From: Magallana gigas
Lineage: Eukaryota
Direction: 5' to 3'
Assembly: GCF_963853765.1 (NCBI RefSeq)
Contig: NC_088856.1
Coordinates: 1,612,001 to 1,676,000 of the forward strand
DNA: 64,000 bases
Numbering within the stretch: position 1 is the stretch's first letter; each line of letters opens with the position of its first letter. The notes beneath the pieces were generated by a model, which made no database searches, was not told where the DNA came from, and saw nothing but the letters and a program-made list of their open reading frames with translations. Positions 48,001 through 58,758 of this stretch are shown here, piece after piece. The position numbers and the translations under genes were made by a program.

Positions 48001-51000
48001 ATCTGTTAGCTATTGTGTATCAATTATGACCCATCATGGATTAGCATTTTACTTTGATCTTCACACACAAGGTAACCAACCCAAGCTACCCACTAATCAC
48101 CCAAAGCTGGCCTATCTGACCAATTAAAGGGATGGATCCACCAATCATTGACAGGCTTATTAATTGATTGGACAAATTAACCAATCATAACACAGTTAAG
48201 ACTTTCACAAGCCAATGAAATTTTTTGTTTGCAACCCAAGCTGAAATAAATCAGAATCCAGGCCTATATAAAGACCCAGCAAGCTGGCTGGTCATCATTC
48301 ACCCATTGTGATCCAATCTTACCTATCACAGTGCTATTAATTACCTTCAATATAATTCTTCATTAAGTGTACAAGTATATTTTGTGCATTTGTTGATTAG
48401 TGTGTTGTGTGTTACCAAAGTCCTCTATCAATGTGAAAAGGTGTTCTAGTGAAATCTTAGTGAAAAAGTGCTTAAGTGTCAATAGTGCATTAGTGTGCTT
48501 CAGTGTCTGTTCAGTGTCAGTGTAGTGATTCAGTGATCCACCATGGCTTCTTGTTCATCCTCCCCTGCCATCACCGTCAACTTCAGCACCACTCTTGAGG
48601 ACATCATCAAGGCCACCATCTTTGACGACGCCCCACCCACCCCTGAACCCTCCACCAGCCCAGTCAACACCTGCGTAGACACCAGTCAAGCAGAGACCAG
48701 ATTCGATGAGTGCCTCACCTCCCTCTTCAGTGACCATCCCACACCAGAGAAATCCCACGACCTTCACTCCGACCTCCACCTTGCTCTTCAGTGTCTTCCA
48801 CCGACCAGTCCAAAGAAGATATTCAGTGACAGCACCATCTCCTCCACAGAGATCTTCACTGCTCTCAAGTCCATCTTCCGCTCAGAAGCTGACTCATCCA
48901 CTCCCTCTGTGCTCATCAAGTCCGTCCAACCAGAGATTTCACCAGCCGACCGTGAACAGCAACTTCTGCACAGATTCAAGACCCTCCGTTCCTTCCATCC
49001 CCAGGAGATCAACGACCTGTCTTCCTTCTTCAAGTACCAGAGTGCCCAGGTGGAGACTGACCGCTACTGTGCCCTTCATCAGAACTCCAACCAGCCCCTC
49101 CACATCAGAGAAAGCATCAACCAACACTACAACATTACCCACCACCGCATCATGGACCGTGTGGAGAGCAGTCTTCAGTTCCTGGAGGACAACCTCGCCA
49201 CACCTCAACCCATCCAGACCGTCCCCCCACCCCAGGGCAACATCCGTAGCAGACCGTCCCTGTCCCAGAAGGCTGTTCGGCTGATGGAAGAGTGGTACTA
49301 CAGTCACCGAGATCACCCCTACCCACCCCATCACATCATCCAGGACCTGGCCAGGAGAGGAGGAGTCAAGGAGGAACAGGTCAAGAAGTGGTTCTCCAAC
49401 AAGAGGAACAGAAGCCGGAGGTCATCAGGGGTCAACAAGAGGAGGTCAACCGGTGTCATCAAGAGTGTGCCCTGCTTCTGGTGAATGTGCTCTGTGATAT
49501 CTGTGTGTGCTGAGTCTGTGATGTGATTGTGCAAATCCTCAGTGTGACTCCTGTTTGTGAATGAGACAGTGCTTTGGGGTATATTAATCTGATGTTGGTG
49601 CTTTTGGATATCCATATGAGTCTGTGATATGTGGTTTGTGTAATCCTCCAGTTAGCTGTGTTTGTATATGTGCTGTTCATGTGTTTGCTTTGTTTGTTAT
49701 ATTCTTCAGTTCAGTGCTATACGTCTTACATTGATTTTTATATCATCAAATTTTGTGAATTATCCCCATTGTTCATTAGTTGGGAATTAGTTGTGATTAT
49801 TTAGTGCTCTTTTGTAATTTGTTGTTGTTGAACAGTGGTTATGAACCTTGCAGATTTTTGTCTATTGATGTAGATATGTAATTAAATAAAAGTGCTTGCA
49901 TTGTTAATATATACTAATATATTTCTTGTATTGTTGTTTTCAATAAACCAAAAATATAAAATAATGGAAGTGTCTTGTTTAAATTTGAATCAAAAGTCTT
50001 TATCATGATAAAACTAGACAGAAAGGAGATATGAAAAACAAACAGAAAAAAACAGAAAAAATAGAAATATATTTATCAATTTTTTCAAAAAGAAATTTTA
50101 ATTTCTTTGAAAAAGAATTTCCTAAGAAATGTATATTCTTAGGCAAGTAGTTTATATTAACAAAGCATTAATAGATTCATTGAAACTTAATAAAATTCTG
50201 AAACTGTTATATTATCAATGTCATTTAGAGAGAATTGCATAAAATCTTCTTTTGGAAGGTATGCATTTTTGCAGAAATTTCTGTTGGACTTATGTCCTCT
50301 TTTTGATAAAGTAGTTTGTTCTCTTTGAAAACTGTCAAATATGTTCATGCTATTAAATTACTCAATAAATATTCTAAATTTTTTAAGCATAATGATTTAT
50401 TGATCTTAAAAGAAAACACAAATCCAGGAAAGTTTTAAAAGTCACTCCTTTGACTGCTTGAGGGAAAATAATGAAAAGCATTTTAACTGTAATAAGATAT
50501 TGTGTAACAAACTAATACACTTTTTCACTTTGATCTATTAGATATTGTGAATCAATTATGACTCATTATGGATTAGCTTTTCCCTTTGATCTGTTAGCTA
50601 TTGTATATCAATTACGACCCATCATTAAAAAGCTTTTAACTTTGATCTGCTAGCTATTGTGTATCAATTATGACCCATCATGGATTAGTTTATCACTTTC
50701 ATCTGTAAGCTATTGTGTATCAATTATGACCCATAATAAATTAGCTTTTCACTTTGATCTGTTAGCTATTGTGTATCAAAAATGACCCATCATGGATTAG
50801 CTTTTCACTTTCATCTGTTAGCTATTGTGTATCAATAATGACCCATCATGGATTAGCTTTTTACTTTGATCTGTTAGCTATTGTGTATCCATAATGACCC
50901 ATCATGGATAAGCTTTTCACTTTCATCTGTTAGCTATTGTGTATCAATTATGACCCATCATGGGTTAGCTTTTCGCTTTGATCTGTTAGCTATTGTGTAT

Positions 51001-54000
51001 CAATTATGACCCATCATGGATAAGCTTTTTACTTTGATCTGTTAGCTATCGTGTATCAATTATGACCCATCATGGATTAGGTTTTTACTTTGATTTGTTA
51101 GCTATTGTGTAATATTTACATTCTACTGTGTTTTTCCATTAAATTTTGTGATCTTCAAATGCCTCTAAATGCAACAAGTAGTCAAAGGTCAAATTGACCA
51201 GTTTTATTTTGATGTCACAAATGTTGAATGCTGTAAACTGCAACGTCACAAGCGAAAATCAAAGGTTGTAGCTAATCACTTTGATCCTCACACATAAGAT
51301 GACCCCACCAATGTTATACCCTTAGGTGGCAGGGGACAGTTTTTTTGATACAATTCATTGTAGCCAAGGGATGCATGTCTTCGGAACTCTGTAACTAGAA
51401 TTTCCTCAGTTCCCATTCAGCACAAATACCTTTAATTCACTCTTTATAAGGCCAATCACCAATTTCTGAAGAAAATTACTAATCAAAACCTGTAAAATTC
51501 TCTACATACTGGTTTTTATGAGATTTTGACCCTTTCATAATTTGCTAATTTTTCATGATTTTTCAGCTTTTTAGACCTCCCCCAGCTAATTCCCTGCAGT
51601 GGGTTGACCTTCCGTACCGCGTGCATGTTGCACTATCACATGTCAGAAACTTACCGCTGTATAGTTTACAATGTCCCATCCACCTACTTTTCGTGTTATT
51701 TTACCTCCCGTCTGTAACTTGCAATTTCACTATGTAAAGTCAGCACAACAGTCATAGCCGCAGGTTTCGCATTTTACTTCCGATTCTCATGTACCTAACA
51801 TAAGGGGCCTACATATTGCATATCAATTTCAACAAGAGACACCCCTCTAACTAATGATAATCATTAAAAATCATTTCATGAATTTTAGCAACACTCATAA
51901 GCCTTCAAGTACAGCAACTCTCAATTTTACAGAAATATTGACGGGTACTTTATTCGAAACTGTCCCTTGCTACCTTAGTCACCTAAAGCTGGTCCATGTA
52001 ACTTTGACATCCAATCACAATCCAGGATCTCCAGCATTTATTAATATACTCTTGTAGAACCAAATAATGAAGTTATTCAAATTTTAGTTTATATAATAAC
52101 CCTGCAAACACACATTGTGAACAAAATTACCTATCACATTACAATGGTACACCCTCCAGTTAAATCTACATATTTATAAGTTCAGAAGTAAATGTTGTGA
52201 ACTTAATTAGAAGTGTGTTGCTGTCCTTTCTAGCTGCAATAATATAGCCCTCTCCAATTGCAGCTAGGTACTTTCAAGTGATGATGTTACAGTCTTTGAT
52301 TTTATCATAGGATTTTATAGTAATTGATTTAAAACTGCACTCTGTCACACTCCATACATGCTTAATACAGGTACATGTATACATCAGAGTTGCAGAGTAA
52401 ATTATATATGATCTGTCAGCCACTCAGGCCTGTTTGATTATCATCACAATTATACTTAAACTTATAAAAATACATTTTGTTTATCAACTAGTTCCATACA
52501 GTTGCGAATGTAAAACTCGCCAATGCGAAATGTCACAAAATGACAAATGATGGACAAACCATTGATATACTCTGAAATAAAAATCTATGTTAAGAAATGG
52601 CTGAGGAAGGTTATGATTTCACTGTTGAAATAAAAAAATTACCGTATCTAAAATGCTTTTGTAGACCTATGCGGTAGGAAAAATAAAACTTATTGGAAAT
52701 TTATTATTAACTGAGCGATTGTAAGGGGATTCTAATTCAAAGTGGACTTTCAAGAAGGAAATTTCTAAAAAAAAAAAAAAAAAAAAAAAAAAGATTTCAA
52801 TCGTTGGGTTAGAATCAAAGATAGCAACAATTCAGATTATCTTGAGAGGCTTGCCAACAATGTTAGGTAATTATAGAAATGAATATGTGAATAAAATTAA
52901 AAATCTTAATAATTATTGTTTTAATTTCAGTTTCGATGACTGTTGATGAGTATCGTTGTGTTGTCGTATGACTGTTGATGAGTATTGTTGTGTTGTCGTA
53001 TGACTGTTGATGAGTATTGTTGTGTTGTCGTATGACTGTTGATGAGTATTGTTGTGTTGTCGTATGACTGTTGATGAGTATTGTTGTGTTGTGGTATCCA
53101 TGACTTGTCCTTCCTATGAGCTGTCCATTCCGTGACTTGTCCTTTCTATGAGCTGTCCATTCTGTGAGTTGTCCATTCTGTGAGCTGGCCATTCTGTGAG
53201 TTGTTGCAGTGATGATTTTTAGTTAGCTGTCCATTCTGTGAGTTGTCCATTCTGTGAGCTGTGATACAATACTTTGTAAAAATTGGTCCGGGGGGGGGGG
53301 GGGGCAGATATTTGACCATATGAAATATAGTCCTTTCAGAGATATGTATATATTAAAAACAGATGGAACAAATTGTTTTGGGAACATTCAACTGATTTTA
53401 TTTCATTGTAAATTAGTAAAACACATATGACAAGAGATGGGAAAAATCTTAAATAATATGAGATATTTTGGAAAATATTGGTTTTAGCATTCTATTATGA
53501 AAAGAAAGTTATAACAAGAAGATTGAATAATATTTGTTATTTATCTGCATTTTAATTTAAAGATACAAAATGTCTTGAATTATACTCTGTTCCAGGAATA
53601 AATCAAGAAAGAGTGTCAAAAAAAAATTCAAATATTGTGTGAAAACTATCTTTAATGTGGAAAATTGTGATCTTTGAAAAGCTTGAAGTAATGTATTACA
53701 TTATTGGTAATGTGTATTTTGATTTGAGTGATGTTATTTAACGTTATGACTACTTAACATACATCATTTTCATTCCACCTTCTGGTTGTGTGTGTTGGAA
53801 GGGGAGAGGGCGGTTGTGTGCAGTCCCTCAACTGGAAGACAAGGGGTTCAATGGACTGTGGATTGGGGATCTCTTTGTCAGCTTTGAATAGATTACTGGT
53901 TTACCAATTGTACCATATTCAATGATAAAGAAACAATATAATACAGTCATTATGATAGCACTTGTTTTATACATGTTATGTGTTATGCAACAATATATAC

Positions 54001-57000
54001 ATCCAACAATATAGGAAAAACCCTGAGAGAAAAATCAAAATATGATAACAAATAGTGAAGGCATTTCACAATATGTGTCACAGAAAATGCCAGTTGTAGC
54101 ACAGCACTCTGAAAAATTTTACAAATACAACAGACATATAGAACACAGTGATAGATATAACATAGCACTAGCACATAAAAAACACAGCACACTACAGCAT
54201 TGCACAATTGCATCACATAGAAGACATTTTAATATCACAGAGGACTGATACAAGTTGATTATCACATCTTATTCACAATTAGAGGGCACACTGAAGGATT
54301 GCACAAACACATCACATATCACAAACTCATATGGATATCCAAGAGCACTAACATCAGATGAATATCCCAAAGCACTATCACAAGCACAGTACACTGAAGC
54401 ATCGCACAAACACATCAGATATCACAGACTCAGCACACACAGAAATCACAGAGCACAATCACCAGAAGCAGGGCACACTCTTGATGATACCGGCTGATCT
54501 TCTCTTGTTGACTCCTGATGACCTCCGGCTTCTGTTCCTCTTGTTGGAGAACCACTTCTTGACCTGCTCTTCCCTGACTCCTCCTTTCCTGGCCAGGTCC
54601 TGGATGACGTGAGAGGGTGGGTAGGGATGATCTCGGTGACTGTAGTACCACTCTTCCATCAGCTGAACGGCCTTCTGGGACAGGGATGGTCTGCTACGGA
54701 GGTTGCTGTTACTGGAGGTCTGTGGCTGTGGGGGGACGGTCTGTGTGGGTTGGGGTGTGGGAAGGTTGTCCTCCAGGAACTGAAGACTGCTCTCCACACG
54801 GTCCATGATGCGGTGGTGGGTGATGTTGTAGTGTTGGTTTATGCTCTCTCTGATGTGGAGGGGCTGGTTGGAGTTCTGGTGAAGGGCACAGTAGCGGTCA
54901 GTCTCCACCTGGGCACTCTGGTACTTGAAGAAGGAAGACAGGTCGTTGATCTCCTGGGGATGGAAGGAACGGAGGGTCTTGAATCTGTGCAGAAGTTGCT
55001 GTTCACGGTCGGCTGGTGAAATCTCTGGTTGGACGGACTTGATGAGCACAGAAGGAGTGGATGAGTCGGCTTCTGAGCGGAAGATGGACTTGAGAGCAGT
55101 GAAGATCTCTGTGGAGGAGATGGTGCTGTCACTGAAGATCTTCTTTGGACTGGTCGGTGGAAGACACTGAAGAGCAAGGTGGAGGTCAGAGTGAAGGTCG
55201 TGGGATTTCTCTGGTGTGGGATGGTCACTGAAGAGGGAGGTGAGGCACTCGTCGAATCTGGTCTCTGCCTGACTGGTGTCCACGCTGGTGTTGAGTAGGC
55301 TGCTTGAGGGTTCAGGGGTGGGTGGGGCGTCATCAAAGATGGTGGCCTTGATGATGTCCTCAAGAGTGGTGGTGAAGTTGATGGCTACGGCAGGGGAGGA
55401 TGAACAAGAAGCCATGGTGGATCACGGAATCGCAAACTTGACACTGAACAGACACTGAAGCACACTAATGCACTATTGACACTAAAGCACTTTTTCACTA
55501 AGATTTCACTAGAACACCTTTTCACAAACACATTGATAGAGCACTTTGGTAACACACAACACACTAATCAACAAATGCACAATATATACTTGTACACTTA
55601 ATGAAGAATTATATTGAAGGTAAATGATAGCACTGTGATAGGTAAGATTGGATCACAATGGGTGAATGATGACCAGCCAGCTTGCTGGGTCTTTATATAG
55701 GCCTGGATTCTGATTTATTTCAGCTTGGGTTGCAAACAAAAAATTTCATTGGCTTGTGAAAGTCTTAACTGTGTTATGATTGGTTAATTTGTCCAATCAA
55801 TTAATAAGCCTGTCAATGATTGGTGGATCCATCCCTTTAATTGGTCAGATAGGCCAGCTTTGGGTGATTAGTGGGTAGCTTGGGTTGGTCACCTTGTGTG
55901 TGAAGATCAAAGTAAAAAGCTAATCCATGATGGGTCATAATTGATACACAATAGCTAACAGATCAAAGTGAAAAGCTAATCCATGATGGGTCATAATTGA
56001 TACACAATAGCTAACAGATCAAAAAGAAAGGTATTGGTAATAATTCATAATTGATACACAAGTACCAGATCAAAGTGTAAAATACCAACAATGTTAGATA
56101 CAGGTAACATAATGATGATATGCAATTTAAATAAAGAGTAAGTAGTGATTTAAATTAATTTTTTATCCAATGTGAGTTGCAGTTCAAAATGGACAGTTGT
56201 GCAACACTGAAAAACACACTAAAGCTTTTATTCAAAATTAGTATAGATTTTTAAACATTTCTGTTTAAGATGAATCAAGTTTTGCACAATGTGAAATTAG
56301 ATCTTTTGAAATAATTCCCATTGCCTGGGCTGGTGTTCAGAGAAAGAGGTCACCATTTTCAGACTTAACATTAACACCCATTGGTCACTTTATCTTTGTA
56401 GCTTTTTCTTGTCAGTTATTATAAATTAAACACCAGTATCAGAGTGATGTAGAAACCATTCTGTGAAAATCCAATTTATTCCCAAAGATCAATGAGATTG
56501 ACGAACAAGGATGCTGATTAAGAGTGCCATCTTGAGTACATGCTGTTGGTGCAAGTTTTGATGATAGCATTGACATAGAACATGACATTCAACCATCTGT
56601 GAAAATCCTTATTATGTATGATAGAAGATTCCTATTATATAGATTAATGATACTGATGAACAAGAATGTTTATAAAGAGTTTAATCTTGTGTGTTGTATG
56701 TGTTAAGCTTTATTGATATTATATTTTAGGACCTAATTATTATTACATAACTATTATTATATACTACCTATTACATATAGAAGAAGATTCCTATAATTTA
56801 GACTGATGAACAAGGATATTGGTTGAGAGTGTCATCTTGTGTGTTGTAGGTGCTGAACTTCATCTTTGGTGAAGACACGGATGGAAGATACCCTTCTCTA
56901 ACAGAGGTGAGACTCTTTAATGCCAATTGTGATGGAATGATTTAACCATGTATTTCATTCCTATCAAAATATTAAATGTTCCACATAAAACGGTTTGTCA

Positions 57001-57824
57001 CTTGAGAAAAATATGTAGTATTGGAAAATTCAAACTGAATTGTCATTTCAGCCTTTTGGTTATAAAATTTATCAAACCTAAATGCCATGTCAAGAAAATT
57101 ACTGGTAATTACAATTTCTTTCATTTCAGATATCTGAGCTGGCTTTCTTTCAATCAGTTAACTTGGTGGAGATGAGCAAGTTCAATCCCTCTAAGGTTGT
57201 TCATTTTATGCATGAAATCCAGACATTTTATATTTCATGAAGTAAGCTTATAAATGAACTTCTTTCCCCAATATTTTGAAAGGTTAAAATTATGAAACTT
57301 GAATTTGCAGATTTATCTATCAAAAGAAATGAAAAAAGCCATAAAAACAGTCAACTCTGGTAAACCCGTAAAGTGAGTACCTATAAAACAACCTATCAAC
57401 TGAATCTGTTAAATATCAAATTCAGGCTTTACATGTTTTAGAATGTTTATTACGGTACACTCCTGACTTTATTACTCCGTTACAACTTAAAATTTACAGA
57501 AAGAAAACAAAGAGAACAACCACAAAGGCAGAAAACATGGAGAGCAAGTCCAATGTTCCAAGTGGTGGATCCAAGCCCCCCTCTCCTCCTCCCCCTCCTG
57601 GTGGCCCCCCTGTGGTGACCACACCCCCACCACCCCCACCTCCACCTCCTGTCTTCAGTCCAGGGGGACCCCCTCCGGCTCCCCCGGCCCCGGCCCCGCC
57701 CCCACCCCCTCCCCCACCCTCCTCGGGAGGGCCCGGGGGTAGGGCAGCCCTGCTGGGTGACATCCGGTCAGGGATTTCCCTCAAGAAAGCTGTTACTAAT
57801 GATAGAAGTGCACCCAAAGTGTAA
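41648..57824 (+). CDS. Slob: Slowpoke-binding protein / PXK-like pseudokinase with N-terminal transmembrane segment, poly-Pro tract and C-terminal WH2
   Basis: 14 GT-AG exons, phase-consistent, 1443 nt / 480 aa: 41648-41686, 42036-42109, 42689-42783, 43374-43451, 43623-43771, 44076-44186, 44511-44606, 46188-46273, 46387-46493, 47100-47197, 56850-56906, 57130-57195, 57311-57372, 57500-57824. Motifs HPYMF, GSLKDVIY, YGKQILQGL, HGHLHTGN, DVLSFGHILYEM and RAALLGDIRSGISLKKAVTNDRSAPKV match the PXK/Slob family; no PX domain. The symbol is family-level. Confidence 0.85.
44949..45915 (+). mobile_element. Non-autonomous Helentron/DINE-like element carrying ~166-bp satellite monomers (Cg170-like)
   Basis: 5' ttataccccc and a (GTCT)n tract; about 5 monomers with period 166-167 (markers at 45075, 45241, 45407, 45574, 45741); 3' gcgggggtat plus the hairpin gtgagcattggctcac. 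The Cg170 name is inferred from the period and structure. Confidence 0.75.
47880..48060 (+). repeat. 56-bp minisatellite directly upstream of homeobox copy A
   Basis: Unit (t)cactttgatctgttagctattgtgtatcaattatgacccatcatggattagcttt; about 3 copies. Confidence 0.9.
48061..48300 (+). promoter_or_regulatory. Core promoter of homeobox copy A
   Basis: Several CCAAT boxes, TATATAAA at 48265-48272 and an Inr-like TCATTC about 30 bp downstream; near-identical inverted copy at ~55660-55905. Confidence 0.75.
48543..49484 (+). CDS. Intronless TALE-class homeobox gene with PADRE motif (copy A), nested in Slob-like intron 10
   Basis: 313 aa, Kozak ccaccATGG. The C-terminal homeodomain has the TALE loop (SHRDHPYP) and helix 3 QVKKWFSNKRNR (Ser50). 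SPADREQQLL lies at residues 133-142. Confidence 0.92.
   Translation: MASCSSSPAITVNFSTTLEDIIKATIFDDAPPTPEPSTSPVNTCVDTSQAETRFDECLTSLFSDHPTPEKSHDLHSDLHLALQCLPPTSPKKIFSDSTISSTEIFTALKSIFRSEADSSTPSVLIKSVQPEISPADREQQLLHRFKTLRSFHPQEINDLSSFFKYQSAQVETDRYCALHQNSNQPLHIRESINQHYNITHHRIMDRVESSLQFLEDNLATPQPIQTVPPPQGNIRSRPSLSQKAVRLMEEWYYSHRDHPYPPHHIIQDLARRGGVKEEQVKKWFSNKRNRSRRSSGVNKRRSTGVIKSVPCFW
50520..51110 (+). repeat. 56-bp minisatellite, about 10 copies, in the spacer between the homeobox genes
   Basis: Same unit as 47880-48060; period 56 (e.g. 50761 to 50817). Confidence 0.95.
52938..53260. repeat. 32-bp minisatellite (5 copies) followed by short tgtccattctgtgag repeats
   Basis: Unit gactgttgatgagtattgttgtgttgtcgtat at 52938-53097. 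Confidence 0.9.
54459..55415 (-). CDS. Intronless TALE-class homeobox gene with PADRE motif (copy B), inverted paralogue of copy A
   Basis: 318 aa. Identical to copy A over residues 45-218; 5 substitutions in the homeodomain and a 5-aa linker insertion. Confidence 0.92.
   Translation of the reverse strand: MASCSSSPAVAINFTTTLEDIIKATIFDDAPPTPEPSSSLLNTSVDTSQAETRFDECLTSLFSDHPTPEKSHDLHSDLHLALQCLPPTSPKKIFSDSTISSTEIFTALKSIFRSEADSSTPSVLIKSVQPEISPADREQQLLHRFKTLRSFHPQEINDLSSFFKYQSAQVETDRYCALHQNSNQPLHIRESINQHYNITHHRIMDRVESSLQFLEDNLPTPQPTQTVPPQPQTSSNSNLRSRPSLSQKAVQLMEEWYYSHRDHPYPPSHVIQDLARKGGVREEQVKKWFSNKRNRSRRSSGVNKRRSAGIIKSVPCFW
55660..55905 (-). promoter_or_regulatory. Core promoter of homeobox copy B
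   Basis: Reverse complement of 48061-48300 with very few mismatches; TATA at 55699-55692. Confidence 0.75.
55906..56050 (-). repeat. 56-bp minisatellite (inverted) directly upstream of homeobox copy B
   Basis: aagctaatccatgatgggtcataattgatacacaatagctaacagatcaaag x2 plus a degenerate copy. Confidence 0.9.
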
Positions 57825-58758
57825 AGTCAGCTGAGGGAAAGGCTAACTAACTGAGACTGGAAAATAAATCAATGGATGTGTTCATGGCTACTCTCTTCCA
57901 AAATTTTATCATTGATTGTCTTTATAAAAAAAAACACTATTGCATTGTTCTTTTATAATCTGGTAAAATTCTGACCCAAGTTCTTCAGCTATATGTTCTT
58001 TGATTAATTAAGCAGTGTGTACTGAAATTTACACATTGATCCCCCTGTAGAAAAGTGAATTTTGTTGTTATTTACATGTAATACATGCAAGTATTATGTT
58101 GTTGATTTTAAAGTTTTAACTTTTGTTTTCCAATTAACAAACTGTTTTAGCCCCTGCAATATGTTGGTTTATAATGTTGTGCAATATACCTTTGTTATGT
58201 GTTGTGATTGATATCTGTGTATGGTGAGGTGAATACATTCAGAGCTGCATATACATGTACAACAGTTTACTTGGTGCAGATTTTTTTCTACCAAAGGTTT
58301 TATTTTAGTGTTATTTACACTAACAAATGAGATACTCTTTGACAGGTCTGCCTGTGTGGGTGTTTTAGAAGAGCTGTTATCCTTGTTTTTGTGATTTTGT
58401 TTTAGTGTATGAATCTGTGTCTGATGGTTAATGTAATCCTTATTGATTGACAGTGTTGTTTTAGGTTGTATTTTGTTAAACCACCAAGTGCCAATACTGT
58501 GATGCTTTATAATGATAATGAATGAACTTTTACATATCAATGACTGTTTATACCAAATCAAATGATATAAATCAAAATAAAAGGCATGTACAAATGAACA
58601 CAAAATGTGGTATTTGGAGTTTTCAATGTTTATGTAAAGAGGTGATATTATGGGCCATTATATAGTATAAGGAGAGATTTAAACAGTTAAGTAATTTGTT
58701 AATTTCTTTTATACTGAATGAACATTTTGTATATAGATGACATGCATCATTCAGTTCA

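Noticed and set aside
8632-49484. Functional link between the cGLR array and the homeobox hairpin dsRNA
   Set aside because: Physical proximity (~20 kb) is the only evidence, and the ligand of these cGLRs is unknown.
48555-49680. Overlapping alternative-frame and antisense ORFs across the homeobox genes (also 54255-55458), cGLRs, kelch and WH2 exon
   Set aside because: Shadow ORFs of GC-richer coding sequence with no recognisable motifs. Their duplication follows from the gene duplication.
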